Positions 15,127 through 23,372 are shown, counted from the first letter of the stretch. The stretch is DNA of 42,117 nt from an uncultured Dehalococcoidales bacterium (GCA_964510365.1 CAZEAR010000001.1:1-42117); one strand, 5' to 3'. The notes: generated by a model not told the origin, from the letters alone. Translations and numbers: made by a program.

Positions 15127-16538
15127 TGGCGCAACAAAAACAGGATCCGAAGCCAAATACTACAAAAGCAGTAGCAAAAAAAACCACTGATCAGGAAATG
15201 CAGGATATCGCCAGAGAAAAACAAGCGGTCCCTTTACCGGCGGAATTCCAGGCCTTAGAAGTCGTCCGGCAGCGTGTCCGGGAGATCCGGGAATTCATAG
15301 CTCATGGGCTCCTGGAAAAAGGCGTTGATTATGGCCGGATTCCCGGAGTAAATAAGGATATGCTATTCAAAGCAGGATGCGAAATGCTCCTGCTTAATTA
15401 TAAAATAGCGGTAGATCCGCCGGAGATCGAGGACCGAAGCGATTGGGATAGAGGTATCTTCCGGTATCGCATCATATTACGCGGTTATAACAAAGATGAT
15501 CGAACATATGTCGGTATGGGAGTGGCTTCATGTAGTTCATATGAAGCAAAGTATCGTTATCGCTGGTTAGCTTCTTATCAACTCACTGATAGTATGCGGA
15601 AACTCGGCTTTAATCCGAAGACAAGTAAATTCGATGCGGAGTTATTAAAAGATATATGGATCACTCAACACGGAGATAATGCTTTCCGATTTAAAATGAT
15701 CAACGGTAAAGCGACTCCGCAATGGCGGATCGAAAACCCGGACATTTATGATCTGGAAAATACCATATTAAAACAGTCTATTACCAGGGCATTAAGAGCA
15801 TTGACATTGAATGTAACCGGAGCGGATCGACTATTTGTAAATGAAAGAGATCTTGAAAATCTCGGATTATCGGAAATCGATGATTCCGATTTTGTTGATG
15901 GAGAATACAAGGAAATGCCTGCCGAAGAAGCACCGGCACCTGTAGCGGAACCTACACCGGAACCGGCACCGATCGAGCCTGAGCCTGAGCCTACACCGGC
16001 ACCTATAGAAACACCGGCACCGACACCGGCCAATGCACAGCAACAAACAGATGGACAAATAAAACCGTCCCCGGCTCCATTATCTAAGCCGTCCATGGAA
16101 GAGCCGCAGAAGAGAATGTGTAAGAAGCATGGCGGCTATGAATTCAAGCAATATAGAACTCAAAATGGCCGTGTAGTTTGGGCTCATAAAGTCGGTAAAG
16201 ATGGGGAAGGGAATGATGTATGGTGTATGGAAGAGGATGTTGAAAGAGAATTTGCACAGAAGCAGCAACCATTACCGGAAACAACAGCCGCTGCAGCCGC
16301 CGCTCCTGCAGGTGATATCGGCGATGTCGATGCTATAGATGTGAAGGATGATAACGAATTCATAAGGAATTTGAATGAAGTCCTGGGTAAATTAGGCTGG
16401 AAAGATGGTGAATTCAATGCGTTTATTAATACGCATTATCCTACTTCCGGTACTGATAAGAGCCAGTTCCCGGTCCCAGTCCGTAAGCCAATGCTTAAAG
16501 ATCTCTATAGCATTTTGAAATCAAAAACTAATTCGTAG
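15126..16538 (+). CDS. Putative ssDNA-binding/annealing (recombinase-like) protein with a proline-rich linker and a C-terminal Cys/His domain
   Basis: 470 aa next to the exonuclease. The N-terminal domain has GVDYGRIPGVNKDMLFKAGCEMLL. The linker is EEAPAPVAEPTPEPAPIEPEPEPTPAPIETPAPTPA. Function is inferred mainly from gene context. Confidence 0.35.
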   Translation: MAQQKQDPKPNTTKAVAKKTTDQEMQDIAREKQAVPLPAEFQALEVVRQRVREIREFIAHGLLEKGVDYGRIPGVNKDMLFKAGCEMLLLNYKIAVDPPEIEDRSDWDRGIFRYRIILRGYNKDDRTYVGMGVASCSSYEAKYRYRWLASYQLTDSMRKLGFNPKTSKFDAELLKDIWITQHGDNAFRFKMINGKATPQWRIENPDIYDLENTILKQSITRALRALTLNVTGADRLFVNERDLENLGLSEIDDSDFVDGEYKEMPAEEAPAPVAEPTPEPAPIEPEPEPTPAPIETPAPTPANAQQQTDGQIKPSPAPLSKPSMEEPQKRMCKKHGGYEFKQYRTQNGRVVWAHKVGKDGEGNDVWCMEEDVEREFAQKQQPLPETTAAAAAAPAGDIGDVDAIDVKDDNEFIRNLNEVLGKLGWKDGEFNAFINTHYPTSGTDKSQFPVPVRKPMLKDLYSILKSKTNS

Positions 16539-16576
16539 ATCCGGGGATTTTTATTAAAACAAAAAGGGGGTGAAAA

Positions 16577-16876
16577 ATGGCTAATACGACAACCAAAGCT
16601 AAAAAGCAAGAGCAGATTCACATGGAAGACAAGATCGTAACGGATCCCGAGCTCGAAGAGCTACTGGAAAGCCGGGAAGAATTACGCCAGGCACAGAAGG
16701 GATATCGCAAAGCTGATAAAAACGCGAAAAATAAGATCGCCGAAATGAAGAATCAGATCCCTTTCCGTTGCGGGCGATTCAAGATCGAAGAAGAGCCGGT
16801 AATGCCGAAGTCGGTATCATTCGAAACTTCCGGCGGTGTCCGCGTAAAGATCAAAGTCATTGAAGACGAATCATAG
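16577..16876 (+). CDS. Hypothetical protein
   Basis: 99-aa ORF with an AAGGGGGTG Shine-Dalgarno. Confidence 0.5.
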   Translation: MANTTTKAKKQEQIHMEDKIVTDPELEELLESREELRQAQKGYRKADKNAKNKIAEMKNQIPFRCGRFKIEEEPVMPKSVSFETSGGVRVKIKVIEDES

Positions 16877-16877
16877 G

Positions 16878-16912
16878 ATCTAATCTGCTATAACTACCAA
16901 TAGCAGTTAGAT
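16878..16912 (+). other. 13-bp interrupted hairpin immediately after a stop codon (terminator/processing/regulatory candidate; no T-tract)
   Basis: ATCTAATCTGCTAT (16878-91) pairs with ATAGCAGTTAGAT (16900-12), with one bulged T and an 8-nt loop. Confidence 0.5.
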
Positions 16913-17029
16913 TACCCTGGTGTCCCGAGTACAGCCGGAGCAGGAGTATATCTCGGCGAAGGTCAAGGCAAACCAATATCGGGAGTGCGGGCGAAATCGA
17001 ACCGAGCCAGGGGTATTTTTGGAGTTTAT

Positions 17030-17422
17030 ATGTCTGAATATTCCGAAAAATTAAAAGATCCTCGTTGGCAAAAAAAACGGTTAAAAATCCTTGAACGTGA
17101 TAAATGGACATGTCAATGTTGTGGTGATAAAAAATCCACCTTAGTTGTGCATCATCGTAGATATTTACCAGATCTTGATCCATGGGATTATTCAGATGAG
17201 TTATTGGTTACTCTCTGCGAATCATGCCATGTTGATGAAAGGGAAATCAGACCTGATTATGAGCGAGACTTGATTGAAATATTGAAACAAAATTTCTTTA
17301 GCGATGATATTCATATTCTTGCATCGGCATTTATGTTTACTAATCCCACTCTTAAAAGCAAAAATATAGCTCAAATTATAATATCGGCAATTAAAAGTCA
17401 TGGTGAAAAACAGGAGAAATAA
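17030..17422 (+). CDS. HNH endonuclease
   Basis: RWQKKRLKILERDKWTCQCCGDKKSTLVVHHRRY...LVTLCESCH. ATG 17030 is preferred (GGAG 17021-24) over the longer ORF-track start at 16985. Confidence 0.75.
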   Translation: MSEYSEKLKDPRWQKKRLKILERDKWTCQCCGDKKSTLVVHHRRYLPDLDPWDYSDELLVTLCESCHVDEREIRPDYERDLIEILKQNFFSDDIHILASAFMFTNPTLKSKNIAQIIISAIKSHGEKQEK

Positions 17423-18100
17423 TTGGCTAATATACAGCCAGATAAATATACCAGACTCCCGAATAACATTTATGATAAATTATGCCACTTCAGGATCCCA
17501 GGGGAAATACGGCAGGTATTTGATGTTATAGCAAGAAAAACATTTGGATGGAATAAAAAAAAGGATCGAATTTCATTGTCACAATTTGTTGAATTAACTG
17601 AAATAAAAAAGCCGAATATCACCAGAGCGTTATCAAAACTGATAACGAATAATATCGTTATCAAAACTGATAATAATTCGTATTCAATAAATGAAAATTA
17701 TGAAAACTGGAAGCCATTTGTTATCAAAACTGATAACGCAAAAAAGTTATCAAAACTGATAACGAATGTTATCAAAACTGATAATAAAACGTTATCAGAA
17801 CTGATACCCACAAAAGAAAAGAAAAACACTAAACAAAAGACAAGGATAAAAAATATTAAAATCCCTGATTTTATCAACCGAGAAGTATGGATCGCTTTTG
17901 TGGAAATGCGAAAAGAGATAAAACATCCTGTAACAGAATATGCTGCAAAGCTATTATTTAAAAAACTGGGGGATCTACGAGCTCAGGGGAATGATCCGAA
18001 TGAAGTATTAAACCAGTCTATCATGCACAGCTGGCGCGGAGTATTCGCTTTGAAAGATGATATAACTGAAAAAAAGCCAAGGATAAAAGAAATTGAGTAA
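17423..18100 (+). CDS. Replication initiator / replisome organiser (lambda O N-terminal-domain-like)
   Basis: TTG start 7 nt after AGGAG. YTRLPNNIYDKL...VFDVIARKTFGWNKKKDRISLSQFVELTEI matches the phage Rep-O N-domain pattern. The gene body contains the iteron array. Confidence 0.65.
   Translation: MANIQPDKYTRLPNNIYDKLCHFRIPGEIRQVFDVIARKTFGWNKKKDRISLSQFVELTEIKKPNITRALSKLITNNIVIKTDNNSYSINENYENWKPFVIKTDNAKKLSKLITNVIKTDNKTLSELIPTKEKKNTKQKTRIKNIKIPDFINREVWIAFVEMRKEIKHPVTEYAAKLLFKKLGDLRAQGNDPNEVLNQSIMHSWRGVFALKDDITEKKPRIKEIE
17629..17807. repeat. Origin-type iteron array: six copies of GTTATCAAAACTGATAA (each a TTATCA-N4-TGATAA palindrome)
   Basis: Copies at 17629-45, 17657-73, 17720-36, 17746-62 and 17768-84, plus a degenerate copy at 17791-807, followed by an A-rich tract at 17810-17860. 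Confidence 0.8.
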
Positions 18101-19430
18101 CGATCGTTTGCCTCCATACGATACAGATGCTGAAATGGCTGTCCTGGGATCTTTATTGATCGATGGCGAAGCTATACGGAAGATATCGCTGCAGGTAGAA
18201 GACTTTTTCATTATGCAGAATCAATCCATATTCGATTCCTGCCTTTCGATCAATGACCGGAATGAAACCATAAACCAAATAACCGTTGCTCAGGAGCTCG
18301 CGGGATCCGGGCGGCTGGAAGACATCGGCGGCGTTTCATATTTGAGTCAATTAATCGCAACTGTACCGACTTCATTACATATCGAATCATATGCTCAAAT
18401 AGTTTCCCGGTTATCTTTGATGCGTAAATTGATCAGCGCATCAGATCGGATCGCAGCTATTGGATATGAAGCCGATGGCGATATAAGCGAAGCAATAAGC
18501 AAGGCCCAGGAAATTATAGATAAAGTATTCGCGGCGGCACCGGTGAAAGCGAGCGGCGATATTAAAACCCTGGCCGTGGCGGCTTCGGATTATTACATGG
18601 CCAATTCCGGGCAGCGGCTCGGATTATCTACCGGCATTGAAAAGCTGGATAGCAAATTCGGCGGGCTCCTAAAAGGTGAAAGTATAGTATTTATGGGACC
18701 TACACATATCGGCAAAACGGAGCTCAGCCTGAAGATCTTGATGAATATCGGGATCCTTCACCGGGCGATCATGTTTAGTGAAGAAATGACTCAGGCTCAG
18801 GTAGTACATAGAATGGTTGCCAGGATCTCACAAGTGCCGACATGGGTAATATACCGCGGCGAGTATGATTCTGATACTGCTCATAAATTTTTCGAAGCAT
18901 GTTCATTCCTTTATGGCTTGAATCTTCGAATTGAAAGAGTCGGAACCGTGGAAATGATGCGCGTGTTCATAGAGCGTTATGAACCGGAATTTGTGGTGAT
19001 AGATCACATCCAGGAAGTAAAGAGCCGGGGTAACTCGGCATATGAGATTACCGGTAAAGTTGCCGGCGATATCGTTTCTCTGGCAAAGGACTATGACATA
19101 CCGGTACTGGCACTTTCCCAGATAAACCGGGATATCTACAAAGATAAAAAAGAGAGATTCCCGAGGTTAAACCAGGCGCGTAATAGCGGGCAGATTGAAG
19201 AGAAATTCGACTCCGTATGGTCCCTGTACCGTCCGGGATATTTCAAAAAGATGGACGGCGATGATGCTGAAGATAACACGACAGAATTATGGATCCTGAA
19301 AGATCGGCTCCGGGGAAAACTCGGGAAAATAACTCTTGAATGGGATCCTGATCACGAATGTTATAAGACTGAAGAATTACCGGAAGATAATAAGCAGGAG
19401 CTCATGGACCTGATCGGGAAGGAAAAATAA
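18093..19430 (+). CDS. dnaB: DnaB-family replicative DNA helicase
   Basis: The N-terminal LPPYDTDAEMAVLGSLLIDGEAI is a DnaB N-domain signature. Walker A is GPTHIGKT and the Walker B-like segment is FVVIDHIQ. Confidence 0.85.
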   Translation: MSNDRLPPYDTDAEMAVLGSLLIDGEAIRKISLQVEDFFIMQNQSIFDSCLSINDRNETINQITVAQELAGSGRLEDIGGVSYLSQLIATVPTSLHIESYAQIVSRLSLMRKLISASDRIAAIGYEADGDISEAISKAQEIIDKVFAAAPVKASGDIKTLAVAASDYYMANSGQRLGLSTGIEKLDSKFGGLLKGESIVFMGPTHIGKTELSLKILMNIGILHRAIMFSEEMTQAQVVHRMVARISQVPTWVIYRGEYDSDTAHKFFEACSFLYGLNLRIERVGTVEMMRVFIERYEPEFVVIDHIQEVKSRGNSAYEITGKVAGDIVSLAKDYDIPVLALSQINRDIYKDKKERFPRLNQARNSGQIEEKFDSVWSLYRPGYFKKMDGDDAEDNTTELWILKDRLRGKLGKITLEWDPDHECYKTEELPEDNKQELMDLIGKEK

Positions 19431-19873
19431 TGCTCGGCATAGTTGTAACGATATTAGTAGAACCTACAGCCAAAGGCAGACCGCGTACATTTGTCCGGCC
19501 GAAGAAAGACGGCAAAGGTTATTTTTCCGGTACCTATACACCGAAGGAAACTCGGGAAGCGGAGAATGATATAAAGATCGATATGCGCCGCCAGGTTATT
19601 GATCTATTGGACGAATCAACAGCCATGTTCAAGGATCCGAAAACACCGCTTTTCCTGCAGGCTATATTTTATCGAGCTCGGCCGAAGTCCCTGGCTAAAA
19701 AGGCTAAATTACCGGTATCTAAGCCGGACCTGGATAATTATACAAAGTTGCTCACTGATGCACTTGAAAAATATGTATATGCAAATGACAGCCAGATCAC
19801 AACCATGGTGATCGCGAAGCGTTACGGAGATCCGCCACGGATCGAATTATGGATAAAAGAGGATACACAATGA
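19430..19873 (+). CDS. rusA: RusA-family Holliday-junction resolvase
   Basis: PTAKGRPR...KPDLDNYTKLLTDAL...YANDSQI. ATGA-type coupling to dnaB. Confidence 0.8.
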   Translation: MLGIVVTILVEPTAKGRPRTFVRPKKDGKGYFSGTYTPKETREAENDIKIDMRRQVIDLLDESTAMFKDPKTPLFLQAIFYRARPKSLAKKAKLPVSKPDLDNYTKLLTDALEKYVYANDSQITTMVIAKRYGDPPRIELWIKEDTQ

Positions 19874-19910
19874 TTACTAAAGGGTTAGAATATATAAAAA
19901 GGAGTTGATT

Positions 19911-20285
19911 ATGTCGAAACAAATACATTTCCCGCTCAGATTCAAATGCCCGAATTGTAAAAGTGATATGCCGGTATTGAATATTGTAGCGGAAGAAGAA
20001 AAAAAGCGCGGAATAGTTGATAAAGAGCTCATTATCGGATTAGATCGCTTTCAATTCATATTCGCAGATGATAAAAAACTAGGATCCGGTGAACTGGACG
20101 GCAAACAGGTCCGCGGATTGAAGATCTATACCGATATATGCGGTAATTGCGGGACCAAATATATAAACCTGGTAACAATTAATGAGATCGATGTCCCGAG
20201 ATCCGAAAAGAATAAGGCACAGATCTTTACACCTGGAATGATTAAATTTGATAAGCCGCCGGGATTTATTCCAAAAGCTAATTAA
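19911..20285 (+). CDS. Hypothetical zinc-ribbon protein
   Basis: CPNCKS...CGNCGT. ATG 19911 lies 6 nt after GGAG (19901-04). Confidence 0.5.
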   Translation: MSKQIHFPLRFKCPNCKSDMPVLNIVAEEEKKRGIVDKELIIGLDRFQFIFADDKKLGSGELDGKQVRGLKIYTDICGNCGTKYINLVTINEIDVPRSEKNKAQIFTPGMIKFDKPPGFIPKAN

Positions 20286-20347
20286 ATGATTAATATCCTA
20301 GTGCCATGGCAGGAAGTGAGGTAGTCGGAAAAGTGCTGTAAGGTTAT

Positions 20348-20794
20348 GTGAAGGAAAGCACAGGAAGAATAAAGGCCATTGTAAAAGCCATGCCGAAAGT
20401 CAAGAATCAGTTACACGGAAAGAACTGGAAAATTGATTACCAGGCATACTCATTCTTCCGGGAAGCTGTTAAATACTTCCGGCAGTATACCGGCCGGGCC
20501 TTCGATAAAAAGCTGAAGGCTTGGCTTTTTTTTAACCAGGAAAGAAGGTTAAAAGCTAATGAGTACCTGCAGTTTGTAGAGTTATTCGATGCTTGCGCGG
20601 AGATCCGGAACATGGACTGTAAAAAAGAATGTCCGGACTATAAAACCTGTATGGATCTGTTCGAGATCATATCGAATAAGTCCGACTATTCACCGGCAAA
20701 AGTAAACGGCTATGGGAAAGAGATCTTCCCACAGCCGTTCGCTGTTCATGGCCAGGCTAAAGAAGTTTTAAAGTTATTGGATCTGAGATTCTGA
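20348..20794 (+). CDS. Hypothetical protein
   Basis: 148-aa ORF with a GTG start. Last plus-strand gene of the early module; its 3' end overlaps the convergent RHH gene by 21 nt. Confidence 0.4.
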   Translation: MKESTGRIKAIVKAMPKVKNQLHGKNWKIDYQAYSFFREAVKYFRQYTGRAFDKKLKAWLFFNQERRLKANEYLQFVELFDACAEIRNMDCKKECPDYKTCMDLFEIISNKSDYSPAKVNGYGKEIFPQPFAVHGQAKEVLKLLDLRF

Positions 20795-21010
20795 AGGCCC
20801 TGGGATAACTTCTAGATCTTCCTGATCCGGTGCCGTCCAGCCGAGCTCCGCGCATCTAGTCATTGCTACTTTATCGAGATCCAGGGCTATTTCGATCGCG
20901 GCCGTAACAAATCCCTTTAAAGTAGCATCTTGCTCAATACAAGCCAGCTTGACACGCTTCAATAGCTCGTTATCGATCCAGATATTAAGTTGTGTTTCGT
21001 TATCGCTCAT
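20774..21010 (-). CDS. Ribbon-helix-helix (CopG/Arc-like) DNA-binding protein
   Basis: MSDNETQLNIWIDNELLKRVKLACIEQDATLKGFVTAAIEIAL has a beta-strand-helix-helix pattern. ATG 21010-21008 overlaps the upstream stop (ATGA), so the longer ORF-track start at 21124 is not used. Confidence 0.6.
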   Translation of the reverse strand: MSDNETQLNIWIDNELLKRVKLACIEQDATLKGFVTAAIEIALDLDKVAMTRCAELGWTAPDQEDLEVIPGPSESQIQ

Positions 21011-21645
21011 GATTGTACACCTGTCATTATTTCTATAGCTTGCCGGACAGCCGGTAATAGGTGAGGATATGAAAGAACTTGTTTTGCATATTTTTTGGCT
21101 ATTGGTAATATCTGAGGCCAACAAGAACTGTCATTTTTTATTATGTTTCTAAGTTCATCAATGTCATTTATCGGCTCTAATTGAGCAAGCCAGAAGTTAC
21201 GCTCATGATAATAAGTTGGAGTAAATCGTATAATTTTAGTTTTGATTTTTTTAGTGTCTACTATCTGGAATGAAGCATTCTGATACTCGCCGACTTTCTG
21301 AGACCAGCCGACTTCCTGATACTCGCCGACTTTCTGATACTCGCCGACTTTCTGATACTCGCCGACTTCCTGATACCCGCCGACTTCCTGATACCCGCCG
21401 ACTTCCTGATACTCGCCGACTTTCTGATACCCGCCGACTTTCTGAGACTCGCCGACTTTCTGATACCCGCCGACTTTATCTATCCTTTCTATAATATATG
21501 ATTTATGTACGAAGATAGATTTCTTTGCATTTACTGAGATAGCTTTTAATGATCCTGTGATCTCAACTTCATTCTCGAATACAAGTTTGCCTTTAAATTC
21601 AAGATCGCCTTCTATTTTTGTTTCAGTTATTATTTTACTTTCCAT
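21007..21645 (-). CDS. Hexapeptide tandem-repeat protein (bactofilin/beta-helix-like N-terminal part, 11 x VG(G/E)YQ(K/E), unrelated C-terminal domain)
   Basis: 212 aa; the repeat block is VGGYQKVGESQKVGGYQKVGEYQEVGGYQEVGGYQEVGEYQKVGEYQKVGEYQEVGWSQKVGEYQ. Confidence 0.6.
   Translation of the reverse strand: MESKIITETKIEGDLEFKGKLVFENEVEITGSLKAISVNAKKSIFVHKSYIIERIDKVGGYQKVGESQKVGGYQKVGEYQEVGGYQEVGGYQEVGEYQKVGEYQKVGEYQEVGWSQKVGEYQNASFQIVDTKKIKTKIIRFTPTYYHERNFWLAQLEPINDIDELRNIIKNDSSCWPQILPIAKKYAKQVLSYPHLLPAVRQAIEIMTGVQS
21280..21477. repeat. 11 x 18-bp near-perfect tandem repeat (CTGATAC(T/C)CGCCGACTT(T/C) on the plus strand)
   Basis: Units start every 18 nt from 21280 and differ at only 1-4 positions. 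The repeat lies inside the minus-strand CDS 21007..21645. Confidence 0.95.
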
Positions 21646-21646
21646 A

Positions 21647-21997
21647 TTATCCCCTTTCTTCTTTGACAGTTACATCATGGCCACACATAGGACAAATCAG
21701 TATTATTGCATGATCGCCGCTGTACGCTTGCCAATCCGGGCCGAATTCATGGCCACATTCCCGGCAGGTTGTTATATGATTCCCCAGGATCAACCAGCCT
21801 TCCGGCGCGATGTATAAATGATCCGTCCGGGCCAGGTAATCATCAGCGGCTTTGTTGATCGCTTCCGGCGAAGCACAGCAGCCGAATACCCCGACAGTGG
21901 AACCTGTCCGGGAGTCAACAATCAATAGATTGTGATCATCTTCTTTGGTGATCAGTCCGGCCAGGATCTGTTTTTTAGTTAATATTGTTTTACTCAT
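21647..21997 (-). CDS. Hypothetical protein with a C-terminal zinc ribbon
   Basis: CRECGH...CPMCGH, preceded by the conserved CGAAAGGAAAGGGGAA leader. Confidence 0.5.
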   Translation of the reverse strand: MSKTILTKKQILAGLITKEDDHNLLIVDSRTGSTVGVFGCCASPEAINKAADDYLARTDHLYIAPEGWLILGNHITTCRECGHEFGPDWQAYSGDHAIILICPMCGHDVTVKEERG

Positions 21998-22085
21998 TTT
22001 TCCCCTTTCCTTTCGTTATTGAGCTTTGATCCGCTCATTTCCGGCCCGGAGCTCCGCGGATCCGCTCCGGGACAGAATGAATTGA

Positions 22086-22841
22086 TCACTTCCCGATCAT
22101 CTTTTTAAGCAATGTTTTGTATATACAGCATCCTTCCGCGAGTGTTAATCTTTTACCGGGATTATGGCCGTTATATGAGCATGTTAAATTATCAAAAAGC
22201 ATAAGCGGGATATTGTTCAAATTCGAATCTATTTCAAATCTAGCCTGTAAATCTTCAATCCCGCTCAGGCCGAATAACTTCAGATCACCTTCATTTATTG
22301 CTATATGATGGATCCCGGCCATGTAACGGTAATACTGATCATGCGATACTTTCCCGCTCATGTAGTCTTCCCGGGTAATAGGTGCCGCTTCTTCTTCATA
22401 GTTATATTCCGGGAGTGTCCACTTCTCAGGATCCATACCGGCCCGCTTGTAGAGATCCCCGGCCGCTTTGTATATATTGCTGTAATAGTGTCCCCAATAA
22501 GTAGACATGAAGTTGTCGGCCTGATGTGTAACGAACGGCTGCCCGCCGTCCGGGATCATTGAAAGTATAATCCAGGCTTCGGGATCCGTTTGATGTCCCA
22601 AACGAGCAATTAATATATTACCGTTTGGCATATGATCACCGATTTTATACTCCGGGACTGTCTTTTTATTCATTCCGGGGATCTTCTTTATTTTTTCCGG
22701 TAAACATTCTTTATGGTATTTAAAGCCTTCGAAGCAATACCATTTGTCGCCGGTGTCACTTCCGCAACCATTACACGTTCCCATACCCTTTTGAATTGTG
22801 ATGTCGCCGTATTCAGTTTTAATTTTTGTAATAGTTCTCAT
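22086..22841 (-). CDS. Hypothetical protein (N-terminal Cys cluster)
   Basis: 251 aa with CNGCGS...YCFEGFKYHKEC, preceded by a variant of the conserved purine-rich leader. Confidence 0.5.
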   Translation of the reverse strand: MRTITKIKTEYGDITIQKGMGTCNGCGSDTGDKWYCFEGFKYHKECLPEKIKKIPGMNKKTVPEYKIGDHMPNGNILIARLGHQTDPEAWIILSMIPDGGQPFVTHQADNFMSTYWGHYYSNIYKAAGDLYKRAGMDPEKWTLPEYNYEEEAAPITREDYMSGKVSHDQYYRYMAGIHHIAINEGDLKLFGLSGIEDLQARFEIDSNLNNIPLMLFDNLTCSYNGHNPGKRLTLAEGCCIYKTLLKKMIGK

Positions 22842-22904
22842 TTCTTCCCTTTCCTTTCAACGGATCCGGGCCAGGATCCCCGGCCCGGCCGCCGCTTTAT
22901 CGTT

Positions 22905-23255
22905 TTATGATACTGTTTCCGTTTGGGTAATATCGAATACAGTGGCAATATAGTATCGATCAACAGTAATAATATTTTCTTCTTCATCTTTATCGCCGAC
23001 CGGGAACCAAATAATCATGCCATGCTCGCCGCGCTTTACTTGCCGTTGAGCTCGTTTCCATTGTTGGTACCCGCCGACCACTGTCGGCGCATCCTGGGAT
23101 TGAAAATAGCAAAGGATTGTATTACCAGGTGATAATACATGACCGTCAATAGTTGAGATCATGCCGCGCTTAATGAATTGATTCCTTTGCTCCTGGGTAA
23201 GATTTTTTAGTTGTTCGCGAAGCTGTTTAACCTTCGCTTTCCGCTCGTGTGTCAT
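22905..23255 (-). CDS. ArdC N-terminal-domain-like (DUF1738-type) ssDNA-binding protein, an anti-restriction candidate
   Basis: LSPGNTILCYF...GGYQQWKRAQRQVKRGEHGMIIWFPV parallels the ArdC pattern YSGINVLLL...LTFKQA..LGG.VRKGEKG. First gene of the minus-strand operon. Confidence 0.5.
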   Translation of the reverse strand: MTHERKAKVKQLREQLKNLTQEQRNQFIKRGMISTIDGHVLSPGNTILCYFQSQDAPTVVGGYQQWKRAQRQVKRGEHGMIIWFPVGDKDEEENIITVDRYYIATVFDITQTETVS

Positions 23256-23301
23256 TGTTCCTTCCCCTTTCCTTTCGTGTATTCAATTGTAGATATCTAG
23301 A

Positions 23302-23331
23302 ATTATAAATCTATAAATCTAGATTTGTCAA
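23302..23331 (-). promoter_or_regulatory. Consensus sigma70 promoter for the minus-strand operon, overlapped by palindromic operators
   Basis: On the minus strand: TTGACA (23331-26), an 18-nt spacer, then TATAAT (23307-02). The spacer contains the 12-bp palindrome AAATCTAGATTT (23315-26). Confidence 0.65.
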
Positions 23332-23372
23332 TACCCTTTGCCGGTGATCCAGTACTAAAGTAATGCAGAAAA

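Noticed and set aside
15746-16096. Minus-strand ORFs over the proline-rich linker (also 15867-16058), and similar ones at 11810-12107 over the K/E-rich region
   Set aside because: These are low-complexity antisense frames, (GAGV)n-like or (FFL)n-like, produced by repetitive coding sequence on the plus strand.
16990-17012. AATCGAACC string as the T-loop of a minus-strand tRNA
   Set aside because: The flanking bases do not form a T stem, and no acceptor or D arm can be built.
16985-17029. Longer N-terminal extension of the HNH gene (ORF-track start 16985)
   Set aside because: ATG 17030 has a GGAG site 5 nt upstream, and the extension runs through a structured intergenic region. The extension has no HNH-family counterpart.
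20774-21124. Full 116-aa version of the RHH ORF
   Set aside because: Its first 38 codons overlap the 3' end of 21007-21645 in another frame. The internal ATG at 21010 forms an ATGA stop/start overlap, and the RHH fold begins right there.
21280-21477. A CRISPR array
   Set aside because: The 18-bp units are directly contiguous with no spacers and are in frame within a CDS, so this is a coding tandem repeat.
21270-21494. 74-aa plus-strand ORF reading the tandem repeat as (RRLSDT)n
   Set aside because: It consists only of the repeat read on the opposite strand. The minus-strand frame extends into non-repetitive N- and C-terminal domains and is coupled (ATGA) to the downstream RHH gene.
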